A DNA stretch of 64,000 bases, from assembly GCA_051362555.1 (NCBI GenBank), contig CM120645.1, positions 13,702,001 to 13,766,000 of the forward strand, read 5' to 3'. Below are positions 10,803 to 24,053 of the stretch, piece by piece; the stretch's first letter is position 1; the number at the start of each line of letters is the position of its first letter. The translations under genes were made by a program, and so were the position numbers. The DNA is from Lingula anatina (Eukaryota > Animalia > Brachiopoda). Under the pieces are notes generated by a model, which did no database searches, had not been told where the DNA came from, and worked only from the letters and a program-made list of their open reading frames with translations.

Positions 10803-13800
10803 ATGCCAGTTGTAAAGTGCCCATTCCCAGACTGCACCTATGAGACAGAAGATGTGGCAGATACCATTGTCAACACACTATTGACAATACATGCACAAAG
10901 CCATAATGCCACTTCCTCTCAGTCATCTACAAAGGTCAAAACTGACAAGATTCGTCGCCCCACAATATCTACAGCGGGTACTAGTGAAGATTGGACTTAC
11001 TTTCTGACTAGATGGAAAGAATATACCATAGCAACCAAAATTACTGGCCAAGATCGTGTAATACAATTACTGGAATGCTGTGATGAAACTCTTAGGAAAA
11101 ATATCACCCGCTCAGCTGGTGGAACTCTTACAAACAAAAGTGAAGAAGAGGTACTATCTGCTATCAAGAGACTGGCAGTACGTGAAGAAAATCCCATGGT
11201 TGCCCGAGTCATTCTACATGAGATGCGGCAGGACAGAGAAGAACCAATTCGTCAGTTTGGGGCAAGAATCAAAGGTCAAGCTAGCATTTGTAAATTTACA
11301 CTTAAATGCCCTAACTGTGAAACAGATGTAGATTACACAGATTGCATATTAAGGGACATTTTAAGTCGTGGCATAGCCGATAATGAAATCCAGCTAGACC
11401 TGCTTGGAAATATGAACCAGAACATGGACCTTGAAGATGTGTTCAGATTTATTGAATCTAAAGAATCTGGGAAACGTTCATCAGCGACATTAAATGCTTC
11501 CGAAGGTGCCCATGCCACTAGCTCGTACAGACGCGCTCAAAGGTATGCAAAGTCTGATAAAGCTGAGATATGCAGTTACTGTGGGGAAAAAGGCCATGGT
11601 ATTAAAGCACCATTTCGCACACGTCAGAAAATGTGCCCAGCATACAACCATATCTGCAAATACTGTGAACGCAGTCACCATTTCGACCACATGTGTCGCA
11701 ACAAGAACAAACCCAAGCTTGGTCCCCCATCTTCGTCCAATACCAAAACACAGTCAGTAACTAATCATGGGGAATCTGCTTTTATGGAGCATAGCAATGA
11801 GTCATTTTATACGCTATGCACAATAGGTGAATTGGACCACGACCGAGCTGCAAATGCCATTGCATTAGATCACCACCTATATAATCAGCTAAATGACAAG
11901 TGGATCAAAAGTAAATCAAGACCTCAACCATACATATCATTACAAGCCACTGTATCCTCTCAAGATTATTCTGATCTTGGCTTCAATGTAGACCTTCCAA
12001 CTACATCTACAATGCTCAATGTAATGGCTGACACTGGATGTCAAAGCTGTCTTGCTGGTATTAAAGCAATCCAACCCCTTCAGTTAACTGAAAAGGATCT
12101 CATTCCAGTTAAAATGAAAATGCATGCAGCAAATAACAAAGGAATAAACATTCTGGGTGCTGTAATATTACGATTCTCTGGTGAAGACAAGCTTGGAAAA
12201 CACCACACAACGAGACAGATCGTCTACATAACAGACAACTCAGACAGAATATTCCTCAGCAGAGAAGCATGCATTGACCTCGGTCTCATTTCCATTGACT
12301 TCCCTCAAGTTGGAGATGCTTGTCAAACAGCCGGTGATACAAAAAGATATGAAACAAATGCCGATTGTGAATGCCCAAAACGCCAACCTCCGCCTTCACG
12401 TCCAACATCTATTCCTTATCCAGCAACAGAAGAAAACCGTCAGCGGCTTCAGCAATGGCTTATTGACTATTACAGATCCAGCTCTTTTAACATGTGTACC
12501 CACCAGCCACTCACAATGATGAATGGATCCCCTATGAGACTAATGGTGGACTCTGAAGCAGAACCCAAAGCATACCATACCCCTTTACCAGTACCACTAC
12601 ACTGGCAAGACCAAGTCAAGGCTGGCTTAGACCAAGATGTGAAACTAGGTGTTATTGAACCCGTTCCACTAGGAGAACCAGTTACATGGTGCCATAGGAT
12701 GGTCGTTTGTGCAAAGAAGAATGGCAAACTTCGCAGAACTGTTGATCTTCAAGCATTAAATGCCCATGCTAAACGTGAAACACATCATACTCAATCACCG
12801 TTTCATCAAGCAAGATCTGTTCCACAAGGTAAAAAGAAGACAGTCTTTGATGCATGGAACGGCTATCACAGCGTCCCACTTCATGAAGATGACAGACATC
12901 TCACCACATTCATAACACCATGGGGGCGCTATCGGTATTGCGTTGCTCCTCAAGGATATATCGCTTCTGGTGATGCCTACACCCACCGTTATGATGATAT
13001 TGTTTCCAACATTCCCAGAAAAACTAAATGTGTAGATGATACTCTACTATGGGCAAATTCTATTGAAGAAAGCTTTTGGCAAGCTGTTGAATGGTTGGAT
13101 ATATGTGGAAAAAATGGGATAACTTTCAACATTGATAAATTTGTATTTGCTGCAGACCAGGTGGATTTTGCTGGATTCACAATAACAATGGACAGTGTAA
13201 AACCTTGTCCTAAATACCTGCAGGCAATTACAGAATTCCCAACACCTAAAAACATCACAGATGTACGTTCTTGGTTTGGTCTCCTAAATCAGGTTTCTTA
13301 TGCCTTCAGCATGGCCAATAGGATGTTACCATTTCGTGAGCTACTCAAACCTGGCACGCCTTTCAAATGGACTGAAGAATTAGATAAAATTTTTCAGGAA
13401 TCCAAACAAGTAATCATCAATGAAATAGAAGAGGGTGTCAAGATATACGACAAGAACAAAACAACTTGCCTAGCCACAGATTGGTCTAAAAGTGGAATAG
13501 GATTTTGGTTATTCCAGAAACATTGCAATTGTATAGTGGCAAAACCATTTTGCTGTAAAACGGGATGGAAAATTGTCCTTGTAGGTAGTAGATTCACACA
13601 TCCTGCTGAATCCAGATATGCACCTGTGGAAGGGGAAGCACTAGCCGTGGCTTATGCTTTAGACAAAGCAAGATTCTTTGTTCTGGGATGCACTGACCTA
13701 GTGATAGCTGTTGACCATAAGCCACTTCTCAAAATCTTTGGAGACAGATCCCTTGATGCCATATCCAACACACGTCTCAGGAACCTCAAGGAACGTACTC

Positions 13801-15614
13801 TCCGTTACAGATTCCGTATCATTCATCTTCCAGGTGCTAAGCAGAAAGCCGCAGATGCAATATCTCGTCACCCAACAGGGGAACAGCACCCACCCAAAAT
13901 GCAGCTTCAAGACGATATTTCTAGTACTGCTGAATCTTATGACTTACCTTATTCCGCTGACATCTTTCAATCTTTCATAGGAGGCATCAAACTAATGGAT
14001 GGTGTAAATGATTACACTGACATTGAGGAAAATTTGATTGACTCTGCTATTTATGCCCTTGATTCCACAATTAAGTCAATTACATGGAACCAAGTTAGGC
14101 AGGCTACAGCAAGTGATGAAAATATGAATCAGCTACTGTCAATCATTGAGTCAGGAATCCCCAAACACCGCCATGAATTGCCACCTCCATTGCGTGAATA
14201 CCACCAATTCAGGGAACACATCTACAGTGTTGATGGTGTTATTATTTACAAGGATCGCATTATTATACCACCATGCCTTAGGGAACAAATACTTTCTGCA
14301 CTTCACGCTGCTCACCAAGGCATCTCATCCATGATATCCAGAGCAGAGGCTTCTGTATTCTGGCCAGGTATAACTGCGGACATCACTGCTGTACGTGCAA
14401 ATTGTAACCATTGTCACCAGATTGCACCATCACAACCTTCTGCGCCACCCTACAATCCCATACCACCAAAGTATCCTTTCCAGTGCATCTGTGCAGATTT
14501 TTTCATGTTTAAGGGTACTCACTACTTGGTCATTGTTGACAGATACTCCAACTGGCCAATTGTAGAATATGCATCTGGAGGATCTAAAGGACTAATTACT
14601 AGTCTACGCCGTGCATTCTCTACTTATGGGATCCCAGAGGAATTGGCTTCCGATGGAGGCCCTGAATTCACTTCTTCTGAAACACGCAAATTCCTTGAAG
14701 ATTGGGGTGTACATCACCGTTTATCATCTGTAGCATTTCCCCACAGCAATTGTCGCGCTGAAGTTGGTGTCAAAACAGTCAAACGATTGCTTATGAACAA
14801 TACAGGACCAAATGGTGAGTTGGACACCAATTCAGTGCAGCGTGCAATATTACAGTACCGTAATACACCTGATCCAGATACAAAACTGTCCCCTGCAATG
14901 TGTATATTTGGAAGGCCAATAAGGGATTTTATTCCAATACTACCAGGTCGATACGAACCACATCCTACATGGAAATCAACATTAGCAGCACGTGAGGAAG
15001 CACTCCGTAACAGACATATGAAATCCGCAGAACACTGGAGTGAACACACTAGACGCCTACCACCACTTGCTATTGGAGACCACGTTCGTATTCAGAATCA
15101 GACTGGTCCGCATCCAAATAAATGGGACAAAACTGGCACTATTACTGAAGTAAAACAGTTTGACCAGTACCTGGTGAAAGTTGATGGATCTGGACGTGTG
15201 ACACTACGCAATAGAAAATTCTTAAGGAAATTCATTCCGTATGTGTCATCTCTACCTCGTCACTCTATCATTGATGACCTAAAGCACAGATTTTACATAC
15301 AACAGCCTACAGTAAACAATGACACACCTACATTCAGCAAATTACCAGAACCAGAATCTACCTTATTGAAAAATTCACATGAGTCAGTGGAGTCGGAAAA
15401 AACTGTCACCACAACTCTACCCATAGGACCAAATGAAACTGATGGAAAGTGTAAAGAAACAGGAACACTACCTTTAACACAACCATCTCATGAAACTCCT
15501 AAAGCACTTCCAAAACCACCACGGATGTTAACAAGACTTTTACCACACAACAAACCCGGACTAAAGGAATCAAATGAAGGACTACGCAGATCTGTAAGAC
15601 TAAATAAAAACTAA
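10803..15614 (+). CDS. Gag-Pol polyprotein (1603 aa): Gag with Zn knuckles, aspartic protease, RT, RNase H, integrase
   Basis: CSYCGEKGH and [14 protein letters not shown] knuckles; ADTG protease; RT DAWNGYH, PQG and CVDD; RNase H TDWS and EALA; integrase H-H-C-C, ADF, SDGG and RAE. The PR-RT-RH-IN order is Gypsy-type. Confidence 0.97.
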   Translation: MPVVKCPFPDCTYETEDVADTIVNTLLTIHAQSHNATSSQSSTKVKTDKIRRPTISTAGTSEDWTYFLTRWKEYTIATKITGQDRVIQLLECCDETLRKNITRSAGGTLTNKSEEEVLSAIKRLAVREENPMVARVILHEMRQDREEPIRQFGARIKGQASICKFTLKCPNCETDVDYTDCILRDILSRGIADNEIQLDLLGNMNQNMDLEDVFRFIESKESGKRSSATLNASEGAHATSSYRRAQRYAKSDKAEICSYCGEKGHGIKAPFRTRQKMCPAYNHICKYCERSHHFDHMCRNKNKPKLGPPSSSNTKTQSVTNHGESAFMEHSNESFYTLCTIGELDHDRAANAIALDHHLYNQLNDKWIKSKSRPQPYISLQATVSSQDYSDLGFNVDLPTTSTMLNVMADTGCQSCLAGIKAIQPLQLTEKDLIPVKMKMHAANNKGINILGAVILRFSGEDKLGKHHTTRQIVYITDNSDRIFLSREACIDLGLISIDFPQVGDACQTAGDTKRYETNADCECPKRQPPPSRPTSIPYPATEENRQRLQQWLIDYYRSSSFNMCTHQPLTMMNGSPMRLMVDSEAEPKAYHTPLPVPLHWQDQVKAGLDQDVKLGVIEPVPLGEPVTWCHRMVVCAKKNGKLRRTVDLQALNAHAKRETHHTQSPFHQARSVPQGKKKTVFDAWNGYHSVPLHEDDRHLTTFITPWGRYRYCVAPQGYIASGDAYTHRYDDIVSNIPRKTKCVDDTLLWANSIEESFWQAVEWLDICGKNGITFNIDKFVFAADQVDFAGFTITMDSVKPCPKYLQAITEFPTPKNITDVRSWFGLLNQVSYAFSMANRMLPFRELLKPGTPFKWTEELDKIFQESKQVIINEIEEGVKIYDKNKTTCLATDWSKSGIGFWLFQKHCNCIVAKPFCCKTGWKIVLVGSRFTHPAESRYAPVEGEALAVAYALDKARFFVLGCTDLVIAVDHKPLLKIFGDRSLDAISNTRLRNLKERTLRYRFRIIHLPGAKQKAADAISRHPTGEQHPPKMQLQDDISSTAESYDLPYSADIFQSFIGGIKLMDGVNDYTDIEENLIDSAIYALDSTIKSITWNQVRQATASDENMNQLLSIIESGIPKHRHELPPPLREYHQFREHIYSVDGVIIYKDRIIIPPCLREQILSALHAAHQGISSMISRAEASVFWPGITADITAVRANCNHCHQIAPSQPSAPPYNPIPPKYPFQCICADFFMFKGTHYLVIVDRYSNWPIVEYASGGSKGLITSLRRAFSTYGIPEELASDGGPEFTSSETRKFLEDWGVHHRLSSVAFPHSNCRAEVGVKTVKRLLMNNTGPNGELDTNSVQRAILQYRNTPDPDTKLSPAMCIFGRPIRDFIPILPGRYEPHPTWKSTLAAREEALRNRHMKSAEHWSEHTRRLPPLAIGDHVRIQNQTGPHPNKWDKTGTITEVKQFDQYLVKVDGSGRVTLRNRKFLRKFIPYVSSLPRHSIIDDLKHRFYIQQPTVNNDTPTFSKLPEPESTLLKNSHESVESEKTVTTTLPIGPNETDGKCKETGTLPLTQPSHETPKALPKPPRMLTRLLPHNKPGLKESNEGLRRSVRLNKN

Positions 15615-15652
15615 CTTTAACCGTCTTTAATGTTTAAAAGACTGGGGGGGCA

Positions 15653-16045
15653 TAGAGAATAATGAGCATACTGTAGTTTTCATTCAAAGGTAATTGCTTA
15701 CCAAGAGTACTTAGTCAGATGTTAGATGTAGCCAAAGGCTATGTTGCATCAGTACTTACCTGGAGAACATGTCATTCTCTATATGCACACTGTGTAGGCC
15801 TATATAGTGAATCATTCAGACACTGGACTTCACCCTGATAGGAGGTGTGCAGGACTTTTTATACCTGAGGTGACTTACATTTATTTACATATATCAGTAT
15901 TTCATAATCTAGTTCTTTATTGAGTATTTCATATTTTTCCATTTATTATATTACTGAGTTTACTAATAGTTTGTTTGTATGCATTTCAGCCTTCATTGTT
16001 TCCAGTTAATAAAGATTGGAAATCAAATAGTGTCCATCTTATCTA
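15653..16045 (+). repeat. 3' LTR
   Basis: Direct repeat of the 5' LTR, preceded by the PPT. Confidence 0.95.
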
Positions 16046-17979
16046 CATGCAATGTCTATTTTCTATTTTCTATTTTCGGTTTGTCTTATGATCACGGTCT
16101 GTGCACTGAATATCCCGCGGCGTAATTACTGGCAGCGCGAGCCAGTTACTATAAGTTACTATAAGTAACTGGCTCGCGCTGCCAGTAATTACGCCGCGGG
16201 ATATTCAGTAATTACTGGCAGCGGCGTAATTACTGGCAGCGCGAGCCAGTTACTTATAGTAACTTATAGTAACTGGCTCGCGCTGCCAGTAATTACGCCG
16301 CGGGATATTCAGTGCACAGACCGTGATCATAAGACATACCGAAAATAGAAAATAGAAAATAGACATTGCATGTGAACGAAGCCTAATAATATAATTCAGG
16401 GTGACACTGTCTGATTGGTGACATATTTAGTTTTTAATCTAGTTTATCCTACAAACATAAGTGCAACACTAACATTCATTCAAAAAGTTCTTGTTGACCA
16501 CCAAGACAAGGTGAAGGTAATGCCGAAATTGCACAATTAAACCCCCTTTACACTGGACGGCGTCCTTTCTGCGTCCTTTGTTCGACCATAAAACTGGCCA
16601 CGACGCCGTTGGGCGCTCAAAGAACACACGGTGATCGATAAGGTCGCACACAGAACGTTCAAGCATCGCCGATGACGCCATGGTCGCTGCAACGTTCTAA
16701 GCATGTTCAAAACAATCGCAGAGAGAACGTCATTGAGGATGGACGCTGCAAGGTCGCTCAAGGGACGCAGAGAGAACGCACAATACATCGCCGTGGTCGC
16801 AGAAAGGAGGCACAAGCATCGCTTTGGTTCTAGAATGAATACTCAACGATCGGCCAGTAGTCGGCACGTTAAGTATAATTTTTATTTTAATTTTACTTTT
16901 AATTTTATTCAAATTGTGTAAGAATTGAGAAAGTTTGGGTCTGTTTTCCCTTTTTGCACTGACAGGGCCTTTAAACTGTAAATGCAATTTTTATGTTTGA
17001 AACACTCTTTTAACAAAGGAATTTTGTATATTAAGTTTACTCCTACCCCCTTTATATTGCATGCTATGCTGAAATGTTTTTGTAAATTTTGCAACATTGT
17101 ATGACTATTTTTTCTGTAAACGAAGATGGGGACCACCAGATTATCCATATTTCATATTTGTGTGTGTCCCAGCAAATATCACGCCATAGAAAAATAGTTT
17201 TGTACTGGTATAATTTTTCTGTCAGTAGTACAGCATTATGACACCTCTAGTCTTGTAATGAGTATACAGAATAATGATGATCAGGAACTGTGGTGCTCTT
17301 AGCTGGACTATTTCCATCTGTTCGAAGCATAATATAGTACCGCTATTTTGCCTGTACTATTAATGAAGAACATACATCTTTTTGGGAGCCTAAAAGATTT
17401 ATTCGTATATTCTTATTTTCCAGTTACAATGTATTCTCTTTTATCCTATAGATCGTCATTCCAATGTCATGATGTATCACAAAGTCTTTCTCCTACATTA
17501 CCTTATTTGGTAATGTAATAATTCCTCAGCTCTTACACAATGTCTATGATTATCCCTTTTTCCATAACTTTCCATCATTACATCATTACCAAAATATAAT
17601 CATTCTCTTATTAGGCAATGGTATGTTACTTGACCTTAGGTCGCCATTTCTATTAATACAGATTTTTCATTGTATCATCCTGAAGGAATGATAACTATAC
17701 TCCCTTATTCTTTTGTTATTATTGAACAACACATGCACTTTTTAACTCTCTTACTTACACTGTTTAACCTCTTAACAAATGTATATTGTATCAGTTTTGA
17801 AAGGTACAATATATTCATTACGATCACAACTTTGTATCTGTACTTTTAATCATTTTCATTACGATGTAATGCTGCTTATATTGCAAAGTTTCTATCGGCA
17901 CTATACATATTATTTTTCATTTGGGGTGATAGCTATGAACGCAATCTATGATTATTCATACATAAAATAGTATGCCGTT

Positions 17980-19190
17980 TTTTACAGGGGATCCCTTTGA
18001 GTGTACTGCCAAAAGTTAAGTAAAACCCATTTCAATCCACAAGAAAATACACCAGTCCCTCCCAAGGGATCGCCCTTCGACGATCGTCATTATGTCCAAG
18101 ACTGAAAGCACTACAGCTCTGTGTGAGGGGGGGGGGAGTTGAGCAAACTGCCCTTTTAGCCAGAAAACCCTACATGGAATTGAATTTTGATCTAGGTTTA
18201 ATGTCATTTCTCAACTAGGTATCAAAATGTTCACTTTCCTTTGGAAAAAAATTCAAGTTGCTGGCCACTGGCCTGACAGGCCTACTACGATGACATGGTT
18301 GAACGAGAGGTCGTAACGTTGGCAAGCACTGTCAACTTGCATCCTGCGAGGACAGGTGCACTTGTAAAAGAAGGCATAAGAAGGCATAATTCAAGACACG
18401 ATCACCTCAATTCCTGAGGACACACTGCAGTTTTCCTTTCGACACGATTAGGACAACAATCACCTCAGCTCCCCGATGACAGATTGCAGTTTTCCCTTCG
18501 ACACGATGAGGATAATATGCATGTACATGACGATGCATTAGTGACACTGTGGTGTTAAAGCGCGTTAAAGGCCGCATTCAAAACATAGAATAACTAGCCC
18601 ACGGGTCAAATATGACGACTTACTAAAAAGCTTGAGGTCTCATCCGCTAATAGACACTGAATAGATTCCCCGTGGGGAAGTATTCAAGTAGGATGGCCAT
18701 ATTTGACCCTCGGACTAGCTAGTTCACAGTTCGGAATGCCATCTTATTCACATTGGACTTCATCGGTTACAAACTGCACGCCCACGCTGCAGTAAGCTGA
18801 TTCGTTCCATTTTTCAAGAAAAAAAAGGAATAAAATACTTACTATTTCGCGTAAATCTTCTCAGCGTCTATTTCGTGACTTTCAATTGAGCATGCATAGG
18901 GTCCTTAAGTGATTGAAGGACGGGAGCTGTGTCATCGATATATTAAATCAAGTAAACAGATAATCACCAGGTCAACGAAAGTAAACGCCAAGCGATAGGC
19001 ATGAATCATAACGTTTTGATTGATAAATTACTGATGGAGGACGGATAAATGTATGAGGAGTACCCCCTGGATACGGGTAATCGTTTTTATTTGTTCTTGT
19101 GCTGTGAATGTATTAAACAAGTTAATCTAAACAATGAAGCAGTACAATAAATCTTTAAAATTAATCTTAGCAGTCCAAGTAGTGTTAATC
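17980..19190 (-). promoter_or_regulatory. Putative upstream/5'-UTR-exon block of paralog 1
   Basis: Homologous to ~30440-32070, upstream of paralog 2; conserved minus-strand GTAAGT donor at 18842. Coding exon 1 starts with an acceptor 4 nt before the ATG, which implies an upstream non-coding exon. Function is inferred. Confidence 0.45.
18568..18745. mobile_element. Old small MITE shared with ~31407-31593 (predates the gene duplication)
   Basis: Imperfect inverted repeats (CACGGGTCAAATATG / CATATTTGACCCTC) at the same position in both duplicated blocks. Confidence 0.5.
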
Positions 19191-22100
19191 ATTAAATACA
19201 CATATACCACTTGTTACCATCCACGTATTGATAAATTAATCAAATAGATAATAGCAAACAAGCATATAGATATTAGTGAACATACTATATAGAAAATGAT
19301 ACAGCAGTCGGACAAGGTGCTATAATAGTATATACGAGACATGCTGGATATGAAAAATAAAATGACTTCTTTTTTATTAATTTTCTTTTTAAATCTGATG
19401 TAATTCATCTCCACGTAAGGTGAAAAATTAAAACATCCTGTGACAGGCATGCAATATGACTGAAAGCACTACAGTTCTGGATGCGTGGGGGAGTGGGCGT
19501 TCGAACGAACCACCTTTTAAGCCTGAAAAGGCCCACACGGAAAAGAAGTTTGATAAAGGTTTTATTTCTCAACTAAGGAGGTCAGAATGTTCACTTTTCT
19601 TAAGTATATTTCCCAAATTACTGCACACAAGCCCCAAGACCACAAGCCTGATACTGCAATGACCTAGAGGCCATAACGTTGATAAACTGTGTCAACTTGC
19701 ATCGTGCCTTGGCAGTGGGTTGATAAAACAAAGTTAGAGATCATATTAACTACGTGAAGACCGACCGATGATTTAAAATAAGTCGCTGCACCTAGAGAAT
19801 GGAGTTTACACCCATTTACTACGTAGGAAAAACTCCCCAGCAACTTTCTTAAAGGAAACTCGAGACTTTAAAAGGTATTTATATAATTTTTACAAACAAC
19901 TTTTTAAAGTGTGTAATGAGGTTACATTTTTTAATTAAAATTTCAACATTATCTGCTTCAATAAATGTTCATGTTTTAATCACTTCTCTTTTCTTTCATG
20001 TTCCATTTTTTTATCATTGATTCATGTTACATTGTAAAGTCTAATAAACAAATTTGGATTTTAGGCTCAAATATTTTTATTATTATCTAGACATGTTTTG
20101 TCCCAATATTAAATGGAAGTTTGCCATTTTTTTCTAGTCGTTATTAACGTTTATCTTATATGGTAATTATTCAAATAATTTCAACACAAGTCGACTATTT
20201 TCCACAAAAAAAATTGTTTCTCTAGTTTTCTTAGGTTAATTGAGTAGAAATTTACTGTGTTTGAAAAAACAATTACTATAATACCACCTTTACATTTTAT
20301 TGGGCCAATTGCAAGTGCAATGCATAATTTCATCATGAGAATCTCTTCTTTAAGTGAGAAGTTTTCTCCGTTAATTTAGTAAATAAGAAGAAGAACAAGT
20401 TCACAGCTGATGTTAAAGAATAGGCAAACAATGCACTCTCCAGTACTTTGTACACAGAATAGATCTTTATAACAATTTGAAAATCCAAATCAATTTTCAT
20501 AATTTTATTGTTGGCATTATGCACTGCTGGTGCATTCATTTGTTACTATACATATATAATTAATATAATTTAACACTAAAAAATTTGCTATGAAATAATT
20601 ACGATACTATAACAATGAGAACATGTATTGCACAGATGTTTCTTCCGATTCAGAACCTATATTATACAACGTCCAGTAAGACAAAAATTTGATCCCATGA
20701 ACACTGTCATTAAAAAAGATAAGCAGTGACACTCTTTGCCAATACTTCTTGGTGTCTAAGTCTAAAAATAATACTGATCAACAGAAACAAAATACGCTGC
20801 TCAATTAGTGTACAATCTGTGGGCATACTTCTTCTCATGTTTCAGAGAAAGATTATAATTCATATCGCCAAAAAGATAGTGACGTGAAAGTACTTAATGT
20901 GTTTCTTCTGGTGAATATTTTAATTATTAATAAGCCTATAATTTTCTTTGCTATTATGCTGTACATGTAAAAAATTTTATATGAATATTGTAACTTTTAC
21001 AATAGTAATATAATCAGTTTTGTTATTATCCATGTTTGTCGAATATAGAACCAACATTTTGGCATACATGTATAATGTACAATCTGAAATTCCAAGTGTA
21101 CAATTTAAATTCAATTTTTAAAATGGCTTTTTCAACAAAAGTCTTGGCTAAAGATGAGAAATTCTACTCACCGGTGATATAAATCAAAGTGCAGGCCACA
21201 TCTTTAAGATACTGTACTTTTTAACTGGTTATGAAACGAACCTTACGCTACAATGCATGTAGAATTACAATATGTACAAGTCATGGTCATCGTGTCAGCA
21301 AACCCATTAACTATCACAACACAAACGGCTGCATTACATGTTTCATAGGACATATATTCACAGCAAGGAATTAGTCGTAATAAATCAACAGAAAATCTTG
21401 ACTCAATAGTCAAATTTATTGACAATGTGTAATATGTGGCGAATATTTCAAACATTCACGAATTAAAAAAAGAAGAAAACACTCAAACACATTTTATTAA
21501 GATCAAGCACGGAAGCTCATAACTACTGCTCATAAGAAAAGCCTATAAATGTTATCTGTATGTGAAAGACATTTTTGCACCTCAGACAACTCATCGAAGG
21601 ATTATCTTGTTTTCAAAATTCTTCTAGCTTTCCGTACAAAATTAGCTGCTGAAAATATAGTTGTGTCAACGTAATATGACACAAATATATGCACATGTGT
21701 ACTTCAATCAACAAAACGGCGTCCACGTGACTGTCTTTTGACATACTCTTTTCTTATTAATCTACACACAAACACACAGACAACTTAAGCACTTCAATAA
21801 ACAATGTGATAAGCACATGAAGTCGTATATGTACTATAATGTCGCCGTTTTGAAAATGTCTCGCTTGGCTAAACATTTATATATTTTGTAGTAGATCTGA
21901 TAAAGAGGAGTCCTCTTTCGTTCCTACCTGTAAATAAAAACAAAAAATAGAAATAAAAATAAAAAAACAAACTGTTTTTAAGATAGCATGCAACAGTACA
22001 ATCTAAAATAACATAACAAATAAATGAATAAAAATAACATTGCCCATGCTAAGGTCTGGTTCAGGGTGGACCCCCCCCCCCCAAAAAAAAAAAAAAAAAA

Positions 22101-22255
22101 AAAAATAATAATAATAATAGTAATAATAAAAATAAAATAAAATAAAATCTTTGATTTAAACCATTTACATTATTTTTTCGTCCATTCTTTATCTGGGTAT
22201 ACCGATCGATTTTGTGCATGAAAGACTGCAAAACTGGTCTTTCCCAACACATCTT

Positions 22256-22696
22256 TGTATTATTTTTAAGGCGATTCATTCACAAGGACCATTATATTTA
22301 TCTGATCTTATCTGTTTTAACTTACCACGGCGGTCCACACGTTTTAATACTGAGAATGATTTTATTTTAGAACATTCTGTTTTAGAGAAGGGGTGCCTCA
22401 AAAGTTATGGAGATCGTGCTTTTATAATCTACGCCCCAAAAGTGTGGAATGGTCTACCAAATTTTATTAGAAAAACAGAAGACTTTGACAATTTTAAATC
22501 TCTTTTAAAGACCCACATTTTTAATTCTGTCTATATCTCTTAGATTTTTTTTAAATATATATATGTATTTTAATAAAATGATTTTTGGTAGTGTAAATTT
22601 TTAATGGTTTCCAATTGGTTTTTAATGATTTTAGTATATTAGCCATTATTGTGAGGCGCCTTGAGATAAAATGTAAGGCGACATATAAGAATCTTG

Positions 22697-22740
<44 letters not shown>
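22256..22740 (+). mobile_element. 5'-truncated L2/CR1-group LINE (end of ORF2, 3' UTR and (ATT)n tail)
   Basis: FKAIHSQGPLYLSDL...YGDRAFIIYAPKVWNGLP...FKSLLKTHIF is a typical L2 ORF2 C-terminus; (ATT)n tail; TSD ACATCTT at 22249-22255 and 22741-22747. Confidence 0.85.
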
Positions 22741-22742
<2 letters not shown>

Positions 22743-23886
22743 ATCTTGGTCAACCGAGGAAAATAATTGTTGCCTGGTGGCCGTTGTCGGGGTTATTTTG
22801 CCAACAAATCCTAGTGCAAATATTTTTGAAAAAACAGTTTCGGTTTCGTAATGTCCTCTCAAAAAGAGGAATTTTTGGTTAATTGATGGAGCATGACGAT
22901 ACTGTCTCCGAAAATGTGCTTGCACTACAGTGTATGATTTGCAGGCTAAATAAGCGTGTCGTGTAATTAACAATTTTGTGCGGCTTATGCAAGTGTGCCT
23001 CAAACGCCGCAGAGTTCGTTTGGAGAATACTGTGGAAACATCATGACTTTTATTTAAAGCGACCAAGATAAAGAAAACTTGAAAACTTTGGGGAATGATC
23101 GTACTCAGTCCAAAGTTAAAGTCCAGCAAATTTCTTGATATTTGGCCAGGATCCTTTGTAGGATTTTATAGAATTTTTACGGTTTCTGATGTTTTTTTCT
23201 TATTTTTTTATTTTTTTTAGGGGGTGTTAAATACGAATCTTATCCTCGATAAGTTATTTTAATTATCTTAATACACTTAATTGTGAATTTAAAAGTCACT
23301 ACGGGTTTCTTAATTTTAATTTCTAGCATACATGTATTATCAGAGATAATGCAATGAGGATATCCATAGAATCCTATTTGTGGACACTTATTTACCGCCT
23401 TTCATATTTACAGCTCTGTTCTGCATGCTACATTTATAACTGCTACATTCAGATAATATAACTCCATATTGTCAATTCTTCTACTAAAAGGAATTGATAT
23501 GTTATGAAAAAGAAGAATCAGTTGAATCGGAGAACCACAACATTATGGGTTGTTGGTTTGTTAATCATTTATAAAATGGCTAATATGAATACACTGAGAA
23601 TAAAATCGGAGTCCAAGTGACTCCAAAATTGGAGTCCAGCAGTGGTGCCTAAATTAACTCCCAACTGGAGTCAAGTTGACTCCGATGGAGAAATGCCACC
23701 CCAGACCCCACAGGAGGGTCACAATTGACTCCATTCATACATCCCTTCATCCCTTGAATTATCTCTACAAAAGAGTCATCATGACCCCACATTAAGGAAT
23801 TTTGACTCCTTGGCACATCATGAACGAAAACAACAACAATAGCGGCAATGGGAGAGACAGTGAGTATCGTTCATTTTAGTTTGTTG

Positions 23887-23958
23887 TGTCCCCACAAGGG
23901 TCGAACCCACGTCCGCCCGCTCCAGAGGCGGACACCCTAACCACCAGGCCATGTGGTC
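23887..23958 (-). mobile_element. tRNA-derived SINE head or tRNA-like pseudogene
   Basis: The minus strand has an A box (TGGCCTGGTGG), a B box (GGTTCGACCC) and an anticodon-like stem TCCGC/GCGGG; the acceptor stem is imperfect. Confidence 0.55.
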
Positions 23959-23988
23959 ACTTTTGTTGTTGAAGCAGCAATAACAGTT

Positions 23989-23989
<1 letters not shown>

Positions 23990-24051
<62 letters not shown>
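23990..24051. repeat. (TA)n microsatellite
   Basis: About 30 TA units. Confidence 0.95.

Positions 24052-24053
<2 letters not shown>

Larger units (their letters stand above)
10354..16045 (+). mobile_element. Full-length Ty3/Gypsy LTR retrotransposon
   Basis: 393-bp LTRs at 10354-10746 and 15653-16045 with one substitution seen; 5-bp TSD CATGC (10349-10353, 16046-16050); purine-rich PPT AAAAGACTGGGGGGG before the 3' LTR; intact single ORF. Confidence 0.97.
10338..16383. mobile_element. PIF/Harbinger-type palindromic MITE (~349 bp) split by the Gypsy insertion
   Basis: Ends GGCTTCGTTCACATGC...GCATGTGAACGAAGCC; TAA TSD at 10335-10337 and 16384-16386; the body at 16051-16383 is almost wholly palindromic. 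Confidence 0.8.

Noticed and set aside
10997-15049. Short ORFs overlapping gag-pol
   Set aside because: Alternative-frame or antisense by-products with no recognisable motifs.
16469-16921. GC-rich overlapping ORFs on both strands
   Set aside because: No protein motifs; probably a transposon fragment, but its ends could not be defined.
23887-23958. Functional tRNA-Gln(CTG)
   Set aside because: Poor acceptor stem, little resemblance to eukaryotic tRNA-Gln, and embedded in a MITE; more likely a SINE head.
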